Part shown: piece by piece, positions 30,471-38,000 of the stretch
Layout: the number at the start of each line of letters is the position of its first letter
How positions within the stretch are numbered: the first letter of the stretch is position 1
Assembly: GCA_034530875.2 (NCBI GenBank)
Contig: JAVRCJ020000020.1
Span: 64,001 to 128,000, forward strand
Reading direction: 5' to 3'
Origin: Nostoc sp. DedSLP01
GTDB lineage: Bacteria; Cyanobacteriota; Cyanobacteriia; Cyanobacteriales; Nostocaceae
Length of the DNA: 64,000 nucleotides
The notes under the pieces: generated by a model
Database searches by the model: none
What the model was told of the DNA's origin: nothing
What the model saw: the letters and a program-made list of their open reading frames with translations, nothing else
Translations under genes and position numbers: made by a program

Positions 30471-30499
30471 GGGGCGCATAGCTAACTATGCGCCCCTAC
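30471..30499. repeat. GTAG-type REP palindrome
   Basis: ggggcgcatag-ctaa-ctatgcgcccctac; relatives at 37944-37971 and 55775-55806. Confidence 0.75.
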
Positions 30500-30545
30500 T
30501 GTAATTTATTCAAATGTCAATTACTTGTGATGATTAGCTATGCAA

Positions 30546-31316
30546 TTAACGGAAGTTACCAGGATTTAAGCGAACAGAGTTAGGCTGAGACTGGCGACGA
30601 ATTGCAACTCCATTGCGGAGGTTTCTAGCGGTACCGCCATCTTTGGCGTCGAGGAAAGGCTTGAGATTAATCGCACCTCTAGATGAACTAACTCGATTGT
30701 TACCATTGCCTAGCAGCGTGCGTCCTAAATTATATATGCTTCCGGAGCGATCGCCATAAGTGTTAACGGCTATGGTTTGTTGTCCGCTGTCAGCAGTAGT
30801 CAAGTTTTGGAAAATACTATTGCGGATAACAACGGGATCTTTGCCAGGCGGTACTGTCAAGACAATTCTACAGGTTGGGTTAACTTCAGTTGTGACGCAA
30901 ACAATGTTTTGGTTATTTTGTACCGATGTCTGGAGTTCTTGCAAACCATCTGGACGATACTGTTCCAAGCGGCTGGCAATTGCTACACAACGTCTTTCGG
31001 CATCCCAACCACCGCCTAAAGTCGCAGGTGCCGCCCAAGGAAAGTATTGTCCTGGTTGACTTTGTGGCTGATACATGACGGTGTACTGTCCATTGTAAGT
31101 CTGACAGGTAAAGCGAGTTGTACTGTCACCAGAAGGTGATGTTGGTATGCCTGTGGATGTATCTATTGGTACGCTCCCACCTTGTGGTACTGTTGGTACT
31201 ACCACACCATCCCCGCTGCTTGAATCGTCATATTGCGCCATTGCTGCGGAATTACCGAGACACAAAGATAAGCCAAGACTGCCTAAAGATATCAATCGCA
31301 GCAGTTTTGATGACAT
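30546..31316 (-). CDS. COP23 domain-containing secreted protein
   Basis: Signal peptide; RFTC, GGWDAERRCVAIASRLE and NNQNIVC pattern; GGAGGA RBS before the ATG at 31316. Confidence 0.75.
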   Translation of the reverse strand: MSSKLLRLISLGSLGLSLCLGNSAAMAQYDDSSSGDGVVVPTVPQGGSVPIDTSTGIPTSPSGDSTTRFTCQTYNGQYTVMYQPQSQPGQYFPWAAPATLGGGWDAERRCVAIASRLEQYRPDGLQELQTSVQNNQNIVCVTTEVNPTCRIVLTVPPGKDPVVIRNSIFQNLTTADSGQQTIAVNTYGDRSGSIYNLGRTLLGNGNNRVSSSRGAINLKPFLDAKDGGTARNLRNGVAIRRQSQPNSVRLNPGNFR

Positions 31317-31517
31317 AGCCATCCTCCAGTATAAATATGTAGGGATTTGATAGTTTAATAACAAAGAATTCAAGAGTCAGTTGTCAGAATTCATACTCAA
31401 TTCTGTATGACTGTCGGATAAATAACTGTTGAAATCAAGCATTGCTGAATTCTAAATTCTGAATTCTGACTTCTGTTTTAAGTGACGAATAATTCTATTT
31501 TTTGATTCATTCAAAAC

Positions 31518-33158
31518 CTATTTTTTTTCTTCTCTTGCTTTTTTCTCTTGTAATATCTTTTTCACTCTTGCTTGAATTTCTAGATGACGCCCCACTCCTT
31601 CATAGGCGTAACGATTATAACTACTACGGATAATCAGGTTTTCTAAATCGCTAACTCTTTCGCTACCGCCAGGGTGAGAAGATAACCAACTAGGAGGAGC
31701 ATTTTTTTGCTGTTTATCTAATGTCACCATTAAGTTACGTAAACCATCAGCAGCATAACCAGAAGCTACAATTAAGCGCGTGCCGAGTGTATCTGCTTGA
31801 CGTTCCATGTCTCGGCTGTAACTGAGTGCAAACAGTTGACCGATGGTGCCGCCTAAAGGTAGATATTGGGTAACGTTGGAGATTAAGTTGCCTTGGGTGA
31901 CTAATTGAAAACCGTGAGATAAGACCACATGGGATAATTCATGACCAATTAAACCAGCTAATTCTGCTTCGGAATTAGTCTTGGCGATCGCACCCGCATT
32001 AATAAAAATCTTACCGCCAGGTAAGGCAAAGGCGTTGAGACTTTCCTCTGGAATCACAAAAAATTCGTATTTAAATTCTTCACGTCCAGTTACTTTGGCT
32101 AATTTCTGGCCGATTTCGTTAACATATCCCAAAACAGCTTCGTCTGTAATTACATGTAACTGTTTTTTGGCGTCTTTGGCTACCGACTCACCTATGGCTC
32201 TTTCACCTTGGAGCAGAACGATTGTAGAATCAATGGCAGAAAATGGCCCGAGCAAACTGCCACTCAGAGCGTAACCCAATGCACCTGTAATAATATTACC
32301 GATGACATTACCTCGAATTTCTGCTCGGATATGTTTTTTGTAACGTTCGAGATTTTCCTCTGCTAAATTTGTAAACTCAGCCGCTTGCGGATTTTCAGGG
32401 TTGAGAATGGCAAATTGACGCGCTGCTAAAGAAGCTTCCATCCATTTTTTTTCCTCAGCCAAGGCACTGACTCTAGCTTTAGTCAATTCTGGTTGGTCTG
32501 GATAAAGAGAAGATGCCCGTTCTAATATATCTAACGCTTCTTTGGGGCGATCGTATTGTTTCAATATTTGAGCATATCGGATATGGCCGGGGATAAATTC
32601 GGGATATTGCTCGACTAATAATTGCAAAGGTATAACCGTTCTTGTTTGTAACTTACTTGCTATCCCGGCCTCTGATTCTCGCCAGTATACCTTTCCTCCT
32701 GGGGATAGTTGCGTGGGGTCGAGTATTGCTGGTTTACGTTCTTCTGGCGTGCTTGTTTTGCTAAAAGGTGCTTTTAACTCGCGGTAAATTTTTTCTGCTT
32801 CTGGGATTTGTCCGGCTAGATAAAGTTTATCTGCTTCAATAAATTTTAACTGGCGGGAAATTTCTTCAGGGCTGAGTGCAGGTTCCTGTGCTGACTCTGG
32901 CTTTTTCGGTTGGGAAACTTCTGGCGAGGCTTCTTTTGTTGGCGAACGTTGTATGGCTTCGCGCAACTTTTGGTCTTTAGTCGTTTCTAAACTGGGTGAG
33001 TTTATGGTTTCGACTGTACTAGACGCAGCAGGTTCTTGTGCTGGAACTGGTGCTGTCGGCTGCATCAAAATAATCAACATTGATGTACCAACTGAGAGTA
33101 ATACCCAGTTACAAGCTAGCAGTAGAGACTTCCAGGTTCGTTTCATGCTGGGTGCCAT
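31518..33158 (-). CDS. M48 family metalloprotease with TPR-like region
   Basis: NAFALPGG, HELSH zincin motif, YSRDMERQAD and SSHP. Confidence 0.9.
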   Translation of the reverse strand: MAPSMKRTWKSLLLACNWVLLSVGTSMLIILMQPTAPVPAQEPAASSTVETINSPSLETTKDQKLREAIQRSPTKEASPEVSQPKKPESAQEPALSPEEISRQLKFIEADKLYLAGQIPEAEKIYRELKAPFSKTSTPEERKPAILDPTQLSPGGKVYWRESEAGIASKLQTRTVIPLQLLVEQYPEFIPGHIRYAQILKQYDRPKEALDILERASSLYPDQPELTKARVSALAEEKKWMEASLAARQFAILNPENPQAAEFTNLAEENLERYKKHIRAEIRGNVIGNIITGALGYALSGSLLGPFSAIDSTIVLLQGERAIGESVAKDAKKQLHVITDEAVLGYVNEIGQKLAKVTGREEFKYEFFVIPEESLNAFALPGGKIFINAGAIAKTNSEAELAGLIGHELSHVVLSHGFQLVTQGNLISNVTQYLPLGGTIGQLFALSYSRDMERQADTLGTRLIVASGYAADGLRNLMVTLDKQQKNAPPSWLSSHPGGSERVSDLENLIIRSSYNRYAYEGVGRHLEIQARVKKILQEKKAREEKK

Positions 33159-33240
33159 TTATGCAAAAGGCTGTTTTTTAAATGTTACGAGGAATTAGGA
33201 CTTACGTACATGGAGCGAGCGCCGCTATTTTACAACACAC

Positions 33241-33267
33241 AAAAACCCCGGCTAATTTAGCCAGGGT
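33241..33267 (-). terminator. Intrinsic terminator of psb34 copy 1 (paralogous one at about 33744-33770)
   Basis: Minus strand accctggcta-aat-tagccggggt followed by a T-tract. Confidence 0.7.
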
Positions 33268-33322
33268 GAAGTCGAGAAGTGAGAATGGCGATGAGATACA
33301 GCGATAAAGAAGTCAAAAAATC

Positions 33323-33493
33323 TTAGCTAACACTAATACCAACTAAAACTAAAGTTGTAACGATTAAAGCTGCAAAAGTAGCTTGGATTAAGTATTTGCG
33401 TTGTTCCCAAATCGCGGGGTACTGAGCGTAATACATCTTGGGTTCGTTTGCGTAGTTATTGAGAACGCCGTCTTCATTTACAGTGGTGTACAT
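33323..33493 (-). CDS. psb34: Psb34/Ssl1498-family light-harvesting-like protein, copy 1 (56 aa)
   Basis: Hand translation MYTTVNEDGVLNNYANEPKMYYAQYPAIWEQRKYLIQATFAALIVTTLVLVGISVS; absent from the ORF track. Confidence 0.85.
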   Translation of the reverse strand: MYTTVNEDGVLNNYANEPKMYYAQYPAIWEQRKYLIQATFAALIVTTLVLVGISVS

Positions 33494-33521
33494 AATTTTT
33501 TCTCTTGGTTGTTTATTAACT

Positions 33522-33539
33522 TATGTAAATAAATTTAAC
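33522..33539 (-). promoter_or_regulatory. HLR1-like (RpaB) direct repeat upstream of psb34; identical copy at 34025-34042
   Basis: Minus strand GTTAAATT-TA-TTTACATA versus consensus KTTACAWW-N2-KTTACAWW. Confidence 0.45.
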
Positions 33540-33825
33540 AACTTTGTTACAAAATGTCAACTGGGCTTGACAAAAAAAGAGTGATAGCGCTAATAAAGGC
33601 TACTTATCTAAACAATCCGGTCTAAAACCGTACTTCGTCCAAAGTTTTTGAAACGGGGTATAAATCCTCGTTACAAAAACGCCTCCTGCCTCCTGCCCCC
33701 TGCCTCCTGCCTTCGTTAAGCGATCGCCAAAAGCTAAAACAAAAAAAACCCTGGCTAATTTAGCCAGGGTTAAGTCGAGAAGTGAGAATGACGATGAGAT
33801 ATCGAGGTACCGAAATCTAAAAATC

Positions 33826-33996
33826 TTAGCTGACGCTAAAAGCAACCAAAACTAGAGTGGTGACTATTAAACTTGCAAAAGTGCCTTGAACTAAATATTT
33901 ACGTTGTTCCCAAATTGCAGGGTAATCAGCGTAGTACATCTTAGGTTCGTTTGCGTAGTTATTGAGAACGCCGTCTTCATTTACAGTGGTGTACAT
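33826..33996 (-). CDS. psb34: Psb34/Ssl1498-family protein, copy 2 (56 aa)
   Basis: Hand translation MYTTVNEDGVLNNYANEPKMYYADYPAIWEQRKYLVQGTFASLIVTTLVLVAFSVS. Confidence 0.85.
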   Translation of the reverse strand: MYTTVNEDGVLNNYANEPKMYYADYPAIWEQRKYLVQGTFASLIVTTLVLVAFSVS

Positions 33997-34272
33997 AATT
34001 TTTTCTCTTGGTTGTTTATTAACTTATGTAAATAAATTTAACAAATTTGTTACAAACTGTCAACTAGACTTGACAAAAAAAGAATGATAGCAGTAATAAA
34101 ACCTGCTTATCAGCTTTGCGCTCGTAGATTTATCCTTGCAAAGAAACAAAAGAATTCTGATGAATACCTAGTGGAAAACCGCTTTATCTCTTAGAGAGGC
34201 ACAAAAAACGCAAAACCGGAGCCATTTCGCGTCCGGTGATTGTTACAAGTCTTACTTTTAAGCTGTTTTAGG

Positions 34273-35319
34273 CTAATTCTTCATTACTGCATCCAAAAGC
34301 ACCTCGGCACCAAAGCGAACGACATCGGTGCAAGGTAGTCCGGTTTCTGCTGTTGTGTGAGCGATCGCTTCGTTAGCCGCATATTCATCTAAATGAGCTG
34401 TGTTGAGCGCTATACCCACTACATGCACGTTGCCAAAAGCACCGCCAGCACTAGCAACACTTTCATAAAGCTGGATTACCTTACGTAAAGGTGGAATTAT
34501 TACATGGGGATGATTGCGTACATGAACTTGTCCGGCGCGATGTGCCAAAATCAGTTCGGTTGGCTGGGAACCACGGATTAAGGGTAGGGTTGCTGTTGAA
34601 CCAGGATGTAGTAACGAACCTTGTCCTTCAATATGCAGGATGTCGTAGTTTTTGCCATAGCGCATAACTACCTGTTCTACAGCACCAGCGGCAAAGTCTA
34701 CCCGCACGGCATCCAGAGGCACGCCATCGCCTTCTAACATCATGCCTGTTTGCCCTGTAGCTATGAATTTAGAACGCCATCCCCGCAGTTTTGATGCCCG
34801 ATCTAACTCTAAGCTAGTTGACATTTTACCGATCGCCATATCGGTTCCCACAGTCAATACCCGCCTACAGGGGAGGGTGCGTGCCATTCCACTAGCAATA
34901 CTAATATTAGATGGCTCTTTGCGCACATCCCATATCAATTGCCCTGGTTTGAGCAGTGCATTTAATTCTGGCATATTTGCCATTAGTGTATGTAAACCAT
35001 TCACCAGCGACATTCCAGCTTGTAAAGCTTCTTTGATTTCCAACCAGTAATCATCTGGTACGGCGCCGCCTCCTGGGGCGATACCAATTACCAAGACTTC
35101 CGGTTTGTACTCCAGGGCTGCGGCTACAGATCCTACTATCGGTACATCGCGGTTGATACCTGTTAGCTGTGGCAAAGATTTGCCGACAGAATCGCGATCG
35201 ATGACTGCTACAATTGAGGCTTCGCTGTATCGTAAAATTGATAGCCCTGTTTTGCCTTGAGGCCCGCTAATTCCCTCATGAAGTAAGATAGCTATTCGTT
35301 GATTAACTGGCAGACGCAC
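34273..35319 (-). CDS. DUF1611 family protein (DgcN-like N-acetyltransferase)
   Basis: VGTDMAIGKMSTSLEL, ATGQTG, DFAAGAVE and IEGQGSLLHP. Confidence 0.85.
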   Translation of the reverse strand: MRLPVNQRIAILLHEGISGPQGKTGLSILRYSEASIVAVIDRDSVGKSLPQLTGINRDVPIVGSVAAALEYKPEVLVIGIAPGGGAVPDDYWLEIKEALQAGMSLVNGLHTLMANMPELNALLKPGQLIWDVRKEPSNISIASGMARTLPCRRVLTVGTDMAIGKMSTSLELDRASKLRGWRSKFIATGQTGMMLEGDGVPLDAVRVDFAAGAVEQVVMRYGKNYDILHIEGQGSLLHPGSTATLPLIRGSQPTELILAHRAGQVHVRNHPHVIIPPLRKVIQLYESVASAGGAFGNVHVVGIALNTAHLDEYAANEAIAHTTAETGLPCTDVVRFGAEVLLDAVMKN

Positions 35320-36355
35320 TGTGTTGTACCCCCAAACCTGGTAAATCGTTTGGCAAAACTCTTCCTTCTTTTAACAATGCACCCGTAAAGGGGTCATCAA
35401 TTAAGTTCAGGTGACTGTCTAAATCTAAATAATCGGCTAGTGGTGCTAGCTGTACTGCTGCTGTATTGGCTAAGGAACTATCAGAATAACAACCGAACAT
35501 TACTTGCAAGCGATGCGATCGGGCTACATGTACCATTCGCATTGCCTCTGTTAGCCCGCCTGATTTCATCAGTTTAATATTAATTCCATCTACGTAGTTT
35601 GCGAGATCGGGAATATCAAAGCTGGTAAAGCAACTTTCATCGACAAAAATGGGGAGAGGAGAATTTTCCTTAAGTTTTACGAGACTTGTTTCCTGCCCTC
35701 GCGGTAAAGGCTGTTCTACATACTTTATACCTAAATCAGCCAGCCAATTGCACATCACGATCGCATCTGTTAAATTCCAGCCCCCGTTAGCATCAACAAA
35801 AAATTCTATATTTGGCGCTACTTCTCGCACAGCTAAAAGCATTTTTTGGTCTGCTTCTATGCCATCTGGACTACCTAGCTTGACTTTGAAAATCCGAACA
35901 TCGGTATAGTTTAACCAGTCTTTTGCTCTGGCGATCGCGCCTTCTGGTGAATTAATGCCAATTGTGACGGAAGTTGGTACAATTGCGGAGCGATCGAGTC
36001 CCCAAATTTGCCACAAAGGTAACCCTACGCGTTTACCAAGCCAATCGTGCATTGCTATGTCCAAAGCTGCTTTCGCGGCAGAAGGAAGCCGGTTTTGGTT
36101 TAACACTTCCTCAATTTCCTGCCGTTGTAACGGACTGAATGTTTGCAACAGCGGTACAACTTGCTCTAAAGCGTCTTTGATTGTATCAGTTGATTGTCGA
36201 TGGTTGCCCACACCAAACGGCGATGCTTCTCCCCAACCTTCGATGCCATCTTCTAAAATTTTCACCCAGACATTCGTAGTCTGTGATGTTGTTCCCCGAC
36301 TAATAGTTAATGGAAATCTCTTATTAACTGTAAATAAATTTACATTTATTTGCAT
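35303..36355 (-). CDS. Dipeptide epimerase, enolase superfamily (AEE/DgcA-like)
   Basis: FKVKLG, VDANGGW, VEQP, DES, NIKLMK and DLD motifs. Confidence 0.9.
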   Translation of the reverse strand: MQINVNLFTVNKRFPLTISRGTTSQTTNVWVKILEDGIEGWGEASPFGVGNHRQSTDTIKDALEQVVPLLQTFSPLQRQEIEEVLNQNRLPSAAKAALDIAMHDWLGKRVGLPLWQIWGLDRSAIVPTSVTIGINSPEGAIARAKDWLNYTDVRIFKVKLGSPDGIEADQKMLLAVREVAPNIEFFVDANGGWNLTDAIVMCNWLADLGIKYVEQPLPRGQETSLVKLKENSPLPIFVDESCFTSFDIPDLANYVDGINIKLMKSGGLTEAMRMVHVARSHRLQVMFGCYSDSSLANTAAVQLAPLADYLDLDSHLNLIDDPFTGALLKEGRVLPNDLPGLGVQHSASAS

Positions 36356-36483
36356 AAATATAGAGTTTATTATTTTATAGCAAAAGCCAGTGTAAGTTCA
36401 AAATTTAGATTAACGGACGTATCTGTTATACTTTTTTACATTCATTGTATTATTCCTCAGAAAAATTTTATTTTTTACTGAAT

Positions 36484-37038
36484 ATGAGCAACTTAAAAAA
36501 ATGGAAAACTCTGAAATCAAAAATGATTTTAGACCATTATTGGTGTCAGGTCAGACAAGATGAAATAGAATTACCCACTGGCAAAATTATCGATGATTAT
36601 TTTGTCAATATTAGACCTGATGTTGCAATGGTTTTACCTATAACCAGTAGTAGAGAAATTCTTTTTGTTCGGCAATACAGACACGCTGTAGGTGAATTTT
36701 TCTTAGAACTGCCAGCAGGAAACTTCGACCCTCAAAAAGAGAGTGCTGAAGTAGCAGCTATGAGAGAGTTTATCGAAGAAACTGGTTATATTACCGAAGA
36801 ATTAAAAAAAATCGGAACTTTATATGATAAGCCAAGCAAAGATACTAATCAAATACATTTATTTTTAGCACAAGATGTCAAAAAAACAGGACACCAAAAA
36901 CTTGATATTACAGAAGAAATTGAGATTGTATTAATTCCTGAAGAATCAATTCTAGAGAAAATTACTCAAGGTGAAATTTCTGTCGCAGGTAGTGTAGCGG
37001 CTCTATTTTTAGGTTTAAAATCTCTAACTTACTATTGA
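36484..37038 (+). CDS. NUDIX hydrolase, ADP-ribose pyrophosphatase-like
   Basis: VRQYRH and ELPAG...AAMREFIEETGY Nudix box. Confidence 0.9.
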   Translation: MSNLKKWKTLKSKMILDHYWCQVRQDEIELPTGKIIDDYFVNIRPDVAMVLPITSSREILFVRQYRHAVGEFFLELPAGNFDPQKESAEVAAMREFIEETGYITEELKKIGTLYDKPSKDTNQIHLFLAQDVKKTGHQKLDITEEIEIVLIPEESILEKITQGEISVAGSVAALFLGLKSLTYY

Positions 37039-37044
37039 AGAAGA

Positions 37045-37290
37045 ATTCAGAAGTCAGAATGGACTACGCCCCGCTACGCTAACAGGAGTCAGAATAAATC
37101 AGTGGGGGATTCAGACCCATCACTGATTTAAGACCACCAAATTTTCAATTTGCTGGGGGTTTTAAACCCGTTTCTTCAGACGCGACGCTCGAATACTCGC
37201 TAACGCTGCGCTATCGCGGACTCGCTAACGCTGCGCTATCCGCCACCCGGACTCCAATTCATGCTGAATTCTGACTCCTGACTTCTGAAT
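37045..37290. mobile_element. MITE-like element with 23-bp TIRs, interrupted by small dispersed repeats
   Basis: Removing 37058-37085 from the left end gives attcagaagtcaggagtcagaat, the exact reverse complement of 37268-37290; the 21-mer actcgctaacgctgcgctatc occurs at 37195 and 37220. Confidence 0.7.
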
Positions 37291-37307
37291 ACTGTTTTGA
37301 TAATTTT

Positions 37308-37850
37308 TCAATTACTAATAACAATCTCTCCAACCATACCTGCTTCTGTATGTCCGGCAATTGGACAACGTAAGCCATAAGTACCAGATTTTAGAGGCAC
37401 AAATACCCATTCTGCTTCAGCATCAGGCTTTAGTTCTATTTCGTGAATTGCGCCTTTAATTTCTGCTTTGCCTGCTTCAACTTTTTGCGTCCAAATACCA
37501 TCAGCAAAATCTTTAGCAGTAAAGTAGTGTTTGAGTTGGCTAGGATTAGTCAACCGTAGATTGTAGCGTTTGCCAACTATAAATTCTAGATGATTTGGCT
37601 CAAATTTGAGTTCGTTAGCCGCATTACCCAAGCTAACTTTAATTTCTGTAGCTGGTTGCTTGAGCAAATCGCTAGATAAATTCGCCGCGCCTGCCGGAGT
37701 TGCAACCATCATACTGAGGCATATCGACAATGTTAATATTGCGTAATTTCGGCGTAGAAATTGTAGCCAATTCAGAAAAGGTGAAACTAGAAGATTTGGG
37801 AAAATCACAGATGAAATTGTTAATTGGTATAAATGTTTGTAAATTTTCAT
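37308..37850 (-). CDS. Cupredoxin (plastocyanin/azurin family) copper-binding protein
   Basis: KHYF and CPIAGHTEAGM type-1 Cu ligands; signal peptide; true start probably downstream of 37850. Confidence 0.8.
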   Translation of the reverse strand: MKIYKHLYQLTISSVIFPNLLVSPFLNWLQFLRRNYAILTLSICLSMMVATPAGAANLSSDLLKQPATEIKVSLGNAANELKFEPNHLEFIVGKRYNLRLTNPSQLKHYFTAKDFADGIWTQKVEAGKAEIKGAIHEIELKPDAEAEWVFVPLKSGTYGLRCPIAGHTEAGMVGEIVISN

Positions 37851-38000
37851 AAATAGTTTTAAAAGATAATGCTAGTAAAAATACTACTTTATTTATATTA
37901 TCCATGCATTAAATGCAATATATACTTTGAAAATTAAATTATTGTAGGGGCGTACAACTGTACGCCCCTACCTGGGCTGTATATATCCTCAATATTTTTG

